This document shows, in pieces, positions 23,951 to 37,300 of a DNA stretch of 64,000 nucleotides (position 1 is its first letter; every line of letters starts with the position of its first letter). A program made the position numbers and the translations under genes. The notes beneath the pieces are model-generated. The model was not told where the DNA came from. It made no database searches and was given only the letters and a program-made list of their open reading frames with translations. The DNA is from Macrostomum lignano (taxonomy: Eukaryota): positions 29,229-93,228 of the forward strand of contig NIVC01003520.1 of the NCBI GenBank assembly GCA_002269645.1, in the 5' to 3' direction.

Positions 23951-26900
23951 ATGCAGCCATCTTTGAATGGTTGCGAAGCGAACCGGCAACCGCACAGTGC
24001 TGGCAGTTATTACAATAGCAATTTCAACTCGGCTAGCGGCGGCGACGAAGACTGCAACTTTGCCAAACTCTATCGAGCTGTTCGGTGCGGCCGTCTAGTT
24101 GCGAGTTGGTCCGAATCTGAGCTGCTGGCCTTGGCGCCGCTGCTATCGTGGCATCGGGACCGGCTAGATCTGGCCGAACTATTGGCAGCCTGCCAACCGG
24201 AAGCGAATAGCTTACATTTCGGTCACGTGCTTGACTATGCCAATTCCTTGCATTATAGCGTAGAATTTGATGCCATCGGGCACGACGCTAAGGTGGACCT
24301 GGAGCGGCGGGTTGTCGATAAGTGCGGCCTGATTGGCGATTTCGTCTCCGTGGTCTGGCCGTCAGCCGCGTCCAGTGGCGAGTTCGAATCCTGCGACCGG
24401 CCGGACCAGCAGGCCAGGATGTTGCTTCGGTGAGGCGATTCGCGTTGTTATTTTACATGCTCATTGATATTTTTGACAATTTTTGTTAGTGTTTTATCCT
24501 TCAAAACTATAAAAATATTCTTTTTTCGAAGTTGTCTTGATTATATTTGAATAATCAACCCTTACTATCCTTGCCATTGATTATCCTTGCCAATCATCAT
24601 TGATTATCCTTGCCAATCATCATTGATTATCCTTGCCAATCATCATTGATTATCCTTGCCAATCGGCCTTGATTATCCTTGCTAATCATCATGGATTATC
24701 CTTGCCAATCATCATTGATTATCCTTACCAATCATCATTGATTATCCTTGCCATTGATTATCCTTGCCAATCATCATTGATTATCCTTACCAATCATCAT
24801 TGATTATCCTTGCCAATCATCATGGATTATCCTTGCCAATCGTCATTGATTATCCTTCCCAATCATCATTGATTATCCTTGCCAATCGGCCTTGATTATC
24901 CTTGCTAATCATCATGGATTATCCTTGCCAATCGGCCTTGATTATCCTTGCCAATCATCATTGATTATCCTTGCCAATTATCCTTGATTATCCTTGCCAA
25001 TCGGTCTTGATTATCCTTGCCAATCATCATGGATTATCCTTGCCAATCGGCCTTGATTATCCTTGCCAATCATCATTGATTATCCTTGCCAATCTCCATT
25101 GATTATCCTTGCCAATCATCATTGATTATCCTTGCCAATCTCCATTGATTATCCTTGCCAATCTCCATTGATTATCCTTGCTAATCAGCCTTGGTTATCC
25201 TTGCTAATCTTCATTGATTATCGTTTTAATCATGCCTAAATCGGCCCTAATTTTATAATTTTCTTAGGAGAATGGGCATACACTAAATGTACTCAGTTTT
25301 TCAGTTCAGCTTCCAAATTCAATTCCTTCAAAAACACTACAGAGACATCCTAGTGGCCGTTCGCACCGCGGAAGCTCGCGGCTTCGACGCCTTCAACTCT
25401 GCCGTCGCCGTTGCTACGTCGCCAGCCGACGACAACAGCTCAGACAGCAATGACAGCCCGGCGGCCACCGAGCTGGCCGACTCCGAGCTGCTGTTCCACC
25501 ACTGCCTGGCCACCCTAGTCGCTGTCAATCATCGCCTGCCGGACCTCCTGCCGCCCCGCCGCCTTCTGCCCGGCCTTCTACGCTTGCGCCGAGGCCGTCG
25601 CCTACTTCAACACTTGGCCGCTCTGCAGCCGGCCGCCTGGCGCAGCCTCGTCCGTCAGCTGCTGGCCTGCGGTCCCGGCCGGCCAATCCGTTGGGCCCTC
25701 AGCCTGGCCGAGTTGGATCCCGGCCAGTCCGCTTGGCTAGCCGAGATGTGCGCCTCAGAGCGGCGCTATCCGGACCTGCTGGCCGGCCTGCTGACCCAGG
25801 CTACTCCGCCAGCCGCTAGGCCAGCCGCTCTGCGTCGCTTATTGATGCACGAGTCGCCAGACACGCGGGCCTGGTTTCTAGCGGCCGTCACAGCCGCCGC
25901 GTCTGGCGGACGGCAGCAACAGCAGCAACAGTCTCCAACATCGCCTGGTCCGGCATTCCTAGCCGCTTGTCGACCAGATCTACTGGCCGAGTTGCGCTCG
26001 GTTGCATCGGCTAGTGCTATCGCCTCCTCGCCTGCGGCTGTCATCCTAGCCAGTCAGCTAGTGAAGCTTTACGCTGTACTGCACTGCCACGCGCCAACTC
26101 AACCGGCTTTGACCGAATCGGAGCTGGCCGCCCTCGCCGAACTGTTGACATCGGCTGGGCCGGATGCAACTGGCGGATTAACGGCTGTGTGCGTAGCCTT
26201 TGCTCTGATAGCTTATACAGCGTTTAACGATACCCAACAGGCCAGACTGTTGGCCTGGCTACGCCGGCTGGTTCGGGAGCCCGGCCGGCCCGACTGTCGG
26301 TACAAGGTCTGTTGTAGCTTATTGGCTTAAATAATCGAACTGTGCCATTCATTCTTGTTAGTCACGTGACTGCATGAAGTGCATGAAGTTTTCTTACAGA
26401 ACTATAGGACCATTCGAACAGTAAGAAGAAAATCAAGCATTTTTCGGCCCGTCGAACTGCCTGAAGAGAAAAGAGGCGATAGAGGAGATTTAAGGAGGGA
26501 TGAGATGAGAGATGGGATGTGAGAAGATGGGGGGGAGAGGATAGAGCAGAAATAACAGAGAAGAGGGGAGATAAAAGAGGAAAAGGGAAGAAAGAGGGGG
26601 AGAGGAAAGAGTGCTCAAAGTAACGCAGATGAGGAGGGAAGAAGTGAAAAAGGAAATAATAGGGGAGAGAGAAGATAAGAAAAGAGAGAGAAGAGAAAAA
26701 AGGACAGGGAAGAGAGGAAAGAATAGAGATAAGAGCTGAGATAAGACACAAACCTTGAGCGGGCCCGATTGCTATTGAGAGTTTCTAAAGACGAAAAAGC
26801 GATTGTTTTTTTTCTAATTGTTATGTTTAGTAAAGAAATGCTCCATTGATTTCTTTATTTGTAAAAAAGACAAGAAATAGGATATTGATATACTTTTATA

Positions 26901-29900
26901 ATGCATATTAGCTCAAGCCCAACCCCCCCCCAAAATGTTTTACTAAGAAACGAGGGGCCAAGAGCCCCAAATGAATGTGTCATTGAAGTTAATCGGCTAC
27001 CTATTTGTTATAAACCAAGCATTTTATCCTTATAAACCAAACAGGAGGTGCTGCTCCTCTGCGCCAGCCATCTGCACTCCAGACAGCAGGGCCAGGCCTG
27101 CGAATTTCTAGACGGCCTACTGGGCCTTCGTCAGGCTGCCAAACGAGCCGCACAGCAGCAGCAGCCGCATCTGCCCTCTACTCATCAACAGCTTCAACAG
27201 CAGCAGCAGCATCATCTTGTACAGCTGGCGCCGTCTCTCGTGAAAGTGTTCCTTACTGACCTGCTGCCCGAGCCGGCCGCCGCAGCGCATGCTGTTCGAG
27301 TTGAAGTGACGCCCGGCCTGACGTCAACAACTGAAGGTCATCTGCCTGCGCATTGCGTGCTACAGCTGCTGCAGATGCGTTCGTTTGCTAAGTATAAGGT
27401 GAATTTTTGCTGTGTGTGCATGGTATTAAACTTATAGGCCTTTTAAACTAGGGAATAAAATGTGATATGAGATTTTTAATGGCGAGTCTGGCGACCTTAG
27501 TTTGGTGAGATTTCGATTGAGAGTGCTTAGTTTGTTGAGATTTCGATTGAGAGTGCTTAGCTTTATAAGATTTCGATTAAAAGTGCTTAGTTTGGTGGGA
27601 TCTGTATTGAGAGTGCTTATTTTGGTGAGATATCGATTGAGAGCTTAGTTTGGTGAGATATCGATTGAGAGTGCTTAGTTTGGTGAGATTTCGATTGAGT
27701 GCTTAGTTTGGTGAGATTTTGGAGTGCTTATTTATCGACTTCAAAGAGTTCGCTTCGTTGCATTCCTAGGCTGACGTCACTGGCTGGGTGCTGCGCCAGA
27801 TCAAAGAGTGCCGCGCTCCGCTCAACACGGTCATGCCAACCCTAATCGAGGCGTTCGCCAAATCTCTCGTACAACCGCACGACAAATGGAGCGCCCCAGC
27901 CTACGAGGTCATCAGGCAGACCGATATTCTAGCATTCTACACGCCCTCCGCCTGCGGTCCGGCAGCCGCCTGCGCGCCCCTTCGTTGCTTTGATAACGAA
28001 GGCGAGAACGAGCTCGAAATGTCTACTATTGAACGAGATTTAACCCCGCAACTATTGATGCTGTACTATGTACTGTGCTACGTTGATTGCCTGTTCGATT
28101 CTAGGCTAGAAATCTCTCGGTCAGGCCGATCTGTGCATCGCTACGATAGCAATCTGCTGTCGCGAATTCCTGTCGGTTATCTGGTCAGGCATTGCCAGCG
28201 AAGGCCCGAACACTATAGGGTGCTCTATCCGCTGCTGGTGCGGCTGCTTGTTCTGCGTATGCCGCATCTGCTGCTAACTGAACTGCCTATTCAGGTAATG
28301 CGCTGAGTAATACTGAATATACCCCTAGTCCTTTGGTAGCACCGTTACCCCTTCCCGTCATTCGGTGACTGCCCCCATCCGGTCATTCGGTGACTGCCCC
28401 CATCCGGTCATTCGGTGACTGCCCCCATCCGGTCATTCGGTGACTGCCCCCATCCGGTCATTCGGTGACTGCCCCCATCCGGTCATTCGGTGACTGCCCC
28501 CATCCGGTCATTCGGTGACTGCCCCCATCCGGTCATTCGGTGACTGCCCCCATCCGGTCATTCGGTGACTGCCCCCATCCGGTCATTCGGTGACTGCCCC
28601 CATCCGGTCATTCGGTGACTGCCCCCATCCGGTCATTCGGTGACTGCCCCCATCCGGTCATTCGGTGACTGCCCCCATCCGGTCATTCGGTGACTGCCCC
28701 CATCCGGTCATTCGGTGACTGCCCCCATCCGGTCATTCGGTGACTGCCCCCATCCGGTCATTCGGTGACTGCCCCCATCCGGTCATTCGGTGACTGCCCC
28801 CATCCGGTCATTCGGTGACTGCCCCCATCTTGTCATTCGGTGACTGCCCCCATCTTGTCATTCGGTGACTGCCCCCATCCGGTCATTCGGTGACTGCCCC
28901 CATCCGGTCATTCGGTGACTGCCCCCATCCGGTCATTCGGTGACTGCCCCCATCCGGTCATTCGGTGACTGCCCCCTTTCAGTCATTCGGTGACTGCCCC
29001 CTTCCGGTCATTCGGTGACTGACCCCTTTCAGTCATACGGTGACTGCCCCCATCCGGTCATTCGGTGACTGCCCCCATCCGGTCATTCGGTGACTGCCCC
29101 CATCTTGTCATTCGGTGACTGCCCCCATCCGGTCATTCGGTGACTGCCCCTTCCGGTCATTCGGTACTATACTGATATTGGTATTGCAGTCTAAGCACAA
29201 TATATTGATATAGAATATCTATTCACTGCCCGCAGGACGAGCTGGCCCTGTCTCAGGACAGCTGCCCGGACGACCTTCGCCCAGTCCAGCTGCTGCCGCC
29301 GCCTGGCTCGCCGCCGCCTCGTCCAACAGATTTTGTCGGCTGCAGCGCCGCCGAGCTGGCCTCCGGTGGACACGCCCTGGCCGGGATTATGACCCGGCTA
29401 AACTGGCTAGCCAATCGCAAGGCCGACTGTCTGATACCCTACGCTGATTGGCTGGTCCGGCTGCTTAAGGCTTCAACCGGATTGGACGGGCCGGCTAGTC
29501 AGCTGGTGCAGGAGCGGCTAAAACCGCTGTGGCTGCGGCTCTACCAGCTGATGCCGCGTCGGCTGGCTTTGGCTACGCTGTCAGCCCTGCGTGGCGTGTC
29601 CCTCAGCGAGGAGACCATCGAGAAAGATCCTGTTGAACAGGTAGGACTGAAAGGTTGCTGAGTCAGTCACATGTGTATAAAAATGAATAAATATTCTCAG
29701 GTGGATTAGATGAATCCTGGCGCAACCATTTCGGCGACATCGTCATACAACCAGCGCTGAGGCAATTCTGCCCATTCCGCTGACTCCTGAGCACATGCAA
29801 GCGCGCCAATGCTGTACGCAGGCACGCACTCATGACTTTCTAATCGCAAGGCAATGTACACACTCTGTGCCTTGGGGGTTGGCCATCATGGCTGTGAATC

Positions 29901-32719
29901 GCACGAACAACCCCAGGCTAATTTTCGTGCACACGGGCCCCAAATGAATGTGGCCGCGCACGGAATTGAACCAATGATCAGACGCGTTTACGGCTGAGAT
30001 CTCAGCCCCCGATGCGTCATCAGTCATCTAAGGCTTACAGAACGTCAGCTTGATTGGCTTTATTGTCGTCTATCCCGTTGAAAACTTTAACGTGACCAAA
30101 ATCGCTAGAGTCATTGCAAATACCTTACTAGTGACTCTTGGGGCAACTCTGCGAATTTTAACGACTCAAACAACTGAAATGAAATTCACGTGAGTTGTAG
30201 AATCGCAAAATAGTAGCGAAAAAGTCACCCAAAAGTCGTTGTGTTAGCGCTTAGCTTTCCAATAAAACCGCATCAGATACGTCTCTACAGCGCCAGAGTC
30301 GTTTCAGAGTCGCAGACAATAAACCGCCTCAGATACGATTCTACAGCGCCAGAGTCGTTTCAGAGTCGCAGACAATAAACCGCCTCAGATACGATTCTAC
30401 AGCGCCAGAGTCGTTTCAGAGTCGCAGACAATAAACCGCCTCAGATACGATTCTACAGCGCCAGAGTCGTTTCAGCATCGCAGACAATAAACCGCCTCAG
30501 ATTGACTCTACAGCGCCAGAGTCATTTCAGAGTCGCAGACAATAAACCGCCTCAGATACGACTCTACAGCGCCAGAGTCGTTTCAGAGTCGCAGACAATA
30601 AACCGCCTCAGATACGTCTCTACAGCGCCAGAGTCGTTTCAGAGTCGCAGACAATAAACCGCCTCAGATACGAGTCTACAGCACCAGAGTCGTTTCAGAG
30701 TCGCAGACAATAAACCGCCTCAGATACGTCTCTACAGCGCCAGAGTCGTTTCAGAGTCGCAGACAATAAACCGCCTCAGATACGACTCTACAGCGCCAGA
30801 GTCATTTCAGAGTCGCAGACAATAAACCGCCTCAGATACGACTCTACAGCGCCAGAGTCATTTCAGAGTCGCAGACAATAAACCGCCTCAGATACGACTC
30901 TACAGCACCAGAGTCGTTTCAGAGTCGCAGACAATAAACCGCCTCAGATACGACTCTACAGCACCAGAGTCGTTTCAGAGTCGCAGACAATAAACCGCCT
31001 CAGATACGAGTCTACAGCACCAGAGTCGTTTCAGAGTCGCAGACAATAAACCGCCTCAGATTGACTCTACAGCGCCAGAGTCGTTTCAGTGTCGCAGACA
31101 ATAAACCGCCTCAGATACGAGTCTACAGCACCAGAGTCGTTTCAGAGTCGCAGACAATAAACCGCCTCAGATTGACTCTACAGCACCAGAGTCGTTTCAG
31201 TGTCGCAGACAATAAACCGCCTCAGATTGACTCTTAAGCGACTCTTTGCCGACTTTTTGGCGGCTTTTACCGTGACATCTCGTCGTTTTAGAATCGTCTA
31301 GAGTCTTTTTTTCCTATTTTACCTGTGTTACATGCACCGACCCTGGGGCTACGCAAGTGACTTTGAGACGCCTCTGGCCCGCAGGTTGTCGCCGCACTCC
31401 CAGACTGCGCCTATCGCCAGCCGGCCCTGCTAGAGCTCTGCCTTCGAATCATTGAACTATCACTGCGCGCCTCCGAGTCCTACTGGGAGCGGCAGATTGC
31501 TCTGGCCTGTCTAGATGGCCGGCATCAGGTGGAGCAGCTTCACCAGCAGCAGATGCTTCAACAACAGCAGCTGCAGCAGCAGCACCCGGACAAAGGCTCG
31601 CCTTGTCAGCCGCTCCGTCGGAGCCTGCTAGCTACTCAGGCCGCTTGCACAGTTCAGCTACTGCTGGAGCGATGCCTGGACTCGCCCAGACACGTTCGTC
31701 GTATTCTGGCCACCTTTGTTCATTCGTTGTTCATATCGGATCGGGAGCGAGCCCTGTGCCAGGTGGTTCACTGGCAGTGCTATCCGCTCCGGCTGGTTCC
31801 ATTCACCGCCTGCGCCATACCATCCATGCATATTTGCCTGGATTTCATACTGGACCATTTGGCTTTTAATGCCGATCCGGCTGCTAGGATTTTCAATATC
31901 AATCTAATGGGATTTCTGGCTGGCCAGTACAGAATTCAGGCTGCGCTGGATAAGGCGGCTACCGTAATAGAGAGCCTTACTGTGCTGTCTAATCAGGTGA
32001 ATACAGATGAATTGCTCCATAATCTGGCCACCCAAGCCAGCTATGACCCTCCATGATCTGGCCACCCAAACCAGCTATGACCCTCCATGATCTGGCCACT
32101 CAAACCAGCTATGACCCTCCATGATCTGGCCACTTGAACCAGCTATGACCCTCCATGGTCTGGCCACTCAAACCAGCTATGACCCTTCATGATCTATCTG
32201 CTTAAACCAGCTATGACCCTCCATGATCTGGCCACCCAAACCAGCTATGACCCTTCCATGATCTGGCCACCCAAACCAGCTATGACCCTTTCATGATCTG
32301 GCCACCCAAACCAGCCACACCCCAGCTATGAGCTGCCCACAGAATTTCTTCTATACACCAATACTTTTGCAATCGCCAACTCCCAGGTTCACTCGTTGGA
32401 TGAAAAGGCTGATTTTGCCATTCAATGCATGGCAGCGGTGCTCAACATGTGCAAAGCGTTCCCCAAACTGGCTAGGCCAGCTTCTCAATACCTGCTCGGC
32501 CTAATGTACCAGTGTCGCGTCACCTTGGCAACGCTGAAATCGCCGGTGCCCGTAGAATTTCGACTGCCCCCGGAAACCGTGGCTCGCTATCGTCGCGATC
32601 TACAGAGCCTGACCCTGCCCCAGCGGTATCAGCTGTGCTATGTTCTGGCCGAGTCTACCCTGGATGCTATTGTACGGCGAACCCTGGTGCCCAGGACTCT
32701 GTACTTTTCACCGGAGTGA
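23951..32719 (+). CDS. INTS2: Integrator complex subunit 2, ~1234 aa, 7 coding exons
   Basis: Exons 23951-24429, 25310-26306, 27045-27398, 27770-28294, 29236-29640, 31385-31996 and 32387-32719, all GT-AG and phase-consistent. Motifs EVLLLCASHLHS, GHLPAHCVLQLLQMRSFAKYK, PQLLMLYYVL and IPSMHICLDFI match INTS2. Confidence 0.9.
24550..25220. repeat. Intronic minisatellite, 23-bp unit TTGATTATCCTTGCCAATCATCA
   Basis: INTS2 intron 1. Confidence 0.93.
27490..27730. repeat. Intronic minisatellite, ~30-bp unit AGTGCTTAGTTTGGTGAGATTTCGATTGAG
   Basis: INTS2 intron 3, degenerate units. Confidence 0.85.
28355..29165. repeat. Intronic minisatellite, 25-bp unit GGTCATTCGGTGACTGCCCCCATCC
   Basis: INTS2 intron 4. 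Confidence 0.95.
30262..31235. repeat. Intronic minisatellite, 56-bp unit AATAAACCGCCTCAGATACGACTCTACAGCGCCAGAGTCGTTTCAGAGTCGCAGAC
   Basis: INTS2 intron 5. Confidence 0.95.
32015..32330. repeat. Intronic minisatellite, 34-bp unit CCATGATCTGGCCACCCAAACCAGCTATGACCCT
   Basis: INTS2 intron 6. Confidence 0.92.
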
Positions 32720-32789
32720 CACTGATCTGCGGGGATTGAAGTACGGCAGGCGTGCACAGGCCACACCCCCTGTTTCTCCAGTAGCCCGC

Positions 32790-33200
32790 TGCTGCCATCT
32801 GATCCTTCAGTAAACCGCTGCTGCCCTCTGACACTTCAGTAGATCGCTGCTGCCCTCTGATCCTTCAGTAGACCGCTGCTACCCTCTGATCCTTCAGTAG
32901 ACCGCTGCTACCCTCTGATCCTTCAGTAGACCGCTGCTACCATCTGATCCTTCAGTAGACCGCTGCTACCATCTGATCCTTCAGTAGACCGCTGCTACCC
33001 TCTGATCCTTCAGTAGACCGCTGCTACCCTCTGATCCTTCAATAGACCGCTGGTGCCCTCTGCCTGATCCTCAGTAGACCGCTGGTGCCCTCTGCCTGAT
33101 CCTCAGTAGACCGCTGCTGCCCTCTGCCTGATCCTCAGTAGACCGCTGCTGCCCTCTGCCTGATCCTCAGTAGACCGCTGCTGCCCTGTGTCTGATCCTC
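32790..33200. repeat. Minisatellite, 29/33-bp unit CCGCTGCTACCCTCTGATCCTTCAGTAGA
   Basis: Immediately 3' of the INTS2 stop codon. Confidence 0.9.
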
Positions 33201-33833
33201 AGTCGACTGCTCCTACCCTCCCTGTTTACTTTATCTTATACTTTACTGACAATTCTGCTCTTGTTAGTACGAGTGTAAGTTTTCAATGCATTTTATAGCC
33301 AAAATTATCAATTGAACACATACTACAGTTACCTGTTGCCATGGGCGAATTAATCCTCGATATGTGTACAGCATGATGTCGCCAATTACCCGCCCGTACT
33401 AACACATATGCTCGTACTGTCTGTCGTACATCAAATTACTTACCTGTTCAGCGCTACTTCATATACTAAAGTTTGTGGTTAAATCGTTTCTTATTTTTTC
33501 TTTAGGAAGAAAAATACACTCAGCTGCAATCATGCTACTGTAAGCAGCCTCGCCGACTTTTCTGTTATTTTTTGTTTGTTTAAACCACAGGACCTTGCAG
33601 TTAGGGTTTTAGATTGTGTTATATTCATAGATGCAGTGTTATTAGTTTCTAGTCTGTAATTCAAAGCTTGGTTATGCACACTTTGTGTGCCTTGGAACTG
33701 CACGAGCCCAGAAAGCAGAGTGTACATACCTGATGATGATGAGCGAGTCACTGTACATCCCGAGTGAGCCCTTTGCGGCCACTCTTGGCTGGCAGGAGGT
33801 GCACTTTATTATTTTTAGAAGCTCATATTAGGT

Positions 33834-33905
33834 CAGGGGTCGGAAAACTCCGGCCCGCAGGCCACATGCGGCCCGCAAAGCCTCTCTATCCGACCATCGG
33901 ATCCT
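33834..33905 (+). mobile_element. hAT (Charlie-like) terminal fragment
   Basis: CAGGGGTCGGAAAACTCCGGCCCGCAGGCCACATGCGGCCCGC resembles the typical 5' end of hAT/Charlie non-autonomous elements. No matching right end seen. Confidence 0.5.
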
Positions 33906-34334
33906 TCGAAACTTCACAATAGCAATCCTGTCCGCTTAAGGCTTGTGTCTCTTCTCAGCTCTCTTCTCTGCCCTCCTCTCTTTATCTTCTTTCCTCTTCT
34001 CTATTCACTCTCCTCTCGCCCCTCTTCTCTCCTGTCCTCTCCTCTCCTCTCTTTCCTCTCCCTTCTCTCACATCCTCTCTTATCTCTTCTCTGATTCTAT
34101 CTCCCATCTCCTCTCTTCTCCTCTGTCTCTTATCTCTAATCTTCTATTTCTCTCGCCTTTCCTTTCTTATCTGGCTCACAGCCATGATCTGAATTCTTTA
34201 TCTGGTCCTTGAGATAAAACAGTTTGCAGAACCATACAGAATCTCATATTAGGTGATGCAGAAGCTCATGCATATACCAGAATCCTATCCGAGCGCAAAA
34301 GTCGCAGCCCAGACCGCACCGACCCCAACTCTTC

Positions 34335-37300
34335 ATGTCCGCTCCCCAGTCTTTGGTGTCGCGCAAGCGGCGCGAGTTCATCGGCATGCCGGCGCCGCCC
34401 GGCTACGTGCCCGGAGTTGGCCGCGGCGCCACCGGCTTCACCACCCGGTCGGACATTGGGCCGGCCCGCGAGGCCGACGACGCCCCGGACGAGCGGCATA
34501 TGCCGCCGCCTAAAAAGCCGGCGCACGACGACGACGAGAAAGGCGAAGACGAGAATCTTAACGACGCCAACTACGACGAGTTCAGCGGCTACGGCGGCTC
34601 CCTGTGCACCAGGGATCCGTATGAGAAGGACGACGAGGAAGCGGACCGGATCTACTCGAGCGTAGACGATCGAATGGACGAGCGCCGGAGGGAGCACCGG
34701 GAGCGCCGGTTTCGCGAAGAGATGGAAAAATTTCGCAAGGAGCGACCGAAAATTCAGCAACAGTTTGTCGATTTAAAGCGCGACCTGGCGCTGGTGTCCG
34801 AGGACGAGTGGCTGTCGCTGCCGGAGGTTGGCGATGCTCGGAATAAACGGCAGAGAAATCCCCGAGCTGAGAAGTTCACCCCGGCGCCGGACAGCCTGCT
34901 GGCTAAGGGCCTGTCCGCCGGCCAGACCACCGCCCAGGTGGACCTGCGCGAGCAGCTGCAAGGCGGCATAGCAACACCATGGGGCGGCGCCAGCACCAGC
35001 AGCGCCGGCGGCGCCGATATCGATATGAAAAAGATTGGTCAGGCCCGGACTTCGCTAATGGATATTAAACTGACTCAGGCTGCCGACTCTGTCACTGGCC
35101 AGACTGTGGTTGACCCTATGGGCTACCTGACCGATCTCAATTCCGTTATACCGCAGCACGGCGCCGATATTAACGATGTTAAAAAGGCCCGCCTGCTGTT
35201 GAAATCTGTGCGAGAAAGCAATTTGAAGCATCCACCTGCTTGGATTGCCTCAGCTAGGCTGGAGGAGCTCACTGGAAAGATGCAGGAGGCTAGGAATCTG
35301 ATAATGCGCGGCGCTGAGGAGTGTCCCAGGTGAGATTGGGATTGAAAAGGAGACAGACATTACTACTGACTTTTGCACCAAATAGACGCTAAGTGAGTCC
35401 GAGGAGTGCCAGACTGGTCCAATTGTTTGTCAAATTGTCCAATGAGTGCCAAACTGTGGAATAAGTGCCAAACTGTGGAATGAGTGCCAAACTGTCCAAT
35501 GAGTGCCAGACTGGTCCAATTGTTTGTCAAATTGTCCAATGAGTGCCAAACTGTGGAATGAGTGCCAAACTGTCCAATGAGTGCCAGACTGTCCAATGAG
35601 TGCCAGACTGGTCCAATTGTTTGTCAAATTGTCCAATGAGTGCCAAACTGTGGAATGAGTGCCAAACTGTCCAATGAGTGCCAAACTGTTCAATGAGTGC
35701 CAAACTGTCCAATGAGTGCCAAACTGTCCAATGAGTGCCAAACTGTCCAATGAGTGCCAAACTGTCCAATGAGTGCCAAACTGTGGAATGAGTGCCAAAC
35801 TGTCCAATGAGTGCCAAACTGTTCAATGAGTGCCAAACTGTCCAATGAGTGCCAAACTGTGGAATGAGTGCCAAACTGTGGAATGAGTGCCAAACTGTCC
35901 AATGAGTGCCAAACTGTTCAATGAGTGCCAAACTGTCCAATGAGTGCCAAACTGTCCAATGAGTGCCAAACTGTGCAGTGGGTGACAAACTGTGCAATGG
36001 GTGACAAACTGGTGCAATGGGGGTGACAAACTGGTGCAGTGGGTGACAAACTGTCCAATGGGTGACAAACTGTCCAATGGGTGACAAACTGTCCAATGGG
36101 GGTGACAAACTGGTGCAGTGGGTGTCAAATTGTCCAATGGGTGACAAACTGTCCAATGAGTGCCAAACTGTGGAATGAGTGCCAAACTGTCCAATGAGTG
36201 CCAAACTGTGGAATGAGTGCCAAACTGTCCAATGAGTGCCAAACTGTGCAGTGGGTGACAAACTGTGCAATGGGTGACAAACTGGTGCAATGGGGGTGAC
36301 AAACTGGTGCAGTGGGTGACAAACTGTCCAATGGGTGACAAACAGTCCAATGGGTGACAAACTGTCCAATGGGTGACAAACTGTCCAATGGGTGACAAAC
36401 TGTCCAATAAGTGGCTCTCTAAGAGAAAAAGAGTATCATTCTCTATTTAACTAGGCTTGCTAGCTGTGGCGACTTATTAATTAACAAAAAATCCAAGTCA
36501 CCCCTTCATACCCGCCGCCCAGATCCGAGGACATCTGGATGGAAGCGTCCCGCCTGATCCCGGCTGACCAAGCCAGAGCGGTGGTGGCCCAGGGCATCAA
36601 TCATTTGCCCCAGTCTGTCCGGCTGTGGGTCCGCGCCGCCGAGCTGGAATCCGAGCCCAAGCGCAAGCGTCGAGTATTCCGCAAAGCACTCGAACAGGTG
36701 CCCAGCTCTGTTCGACTGTGGAAGCTGGCCGTTGAACTCGAAGAGCCCGAGGACGCCCGGGTGATGCTACGCCGTGCAGTTGAATGCTGTCCAACTAGTG
36801 TGGACCTCTGGCTAGCCCTGGCCAAACTCGAGACCTACGAGACGGCTAGAAGCGTGCTGAACCAGGCCAGAGACAATGTGCCGACTGACAGGCTGATCTG
36901 GATCACCGCTGCCAAGCTAGAAGAGGCTCACAAGAATCTGCCAATGGTTGGCAAAATTATCGATCGCGCCGTGGCCGCACTGCAGGTGGCCGGCGTTGAA
37001 ATCAATCGCGACCTGTGGCTAAAAGATGCGGAAGAGTGCGAATCTAGCGGCTCCATGGAAACGGCCAGGGCCATTGTTCGCACTGTGGTTGGCCACGGCA
37101 TTGACGAGCCTGATAGGAAGCGACAATGGCTAACGGATGCGGAAGGCTTCACAGCCAGAGAGGCGTTCGAATGCGCCAGGGCTGTGTACGCCAAACTTAT
37201 TGCCGCTTTCCCGGCTAAGAAGTCTGTCTGGCTGGCGGCGGCTCATTTTGAAAAGAACCACGGCACCAGAGAGGCTCTGGAATCGCTGCTAGTCAATGCT

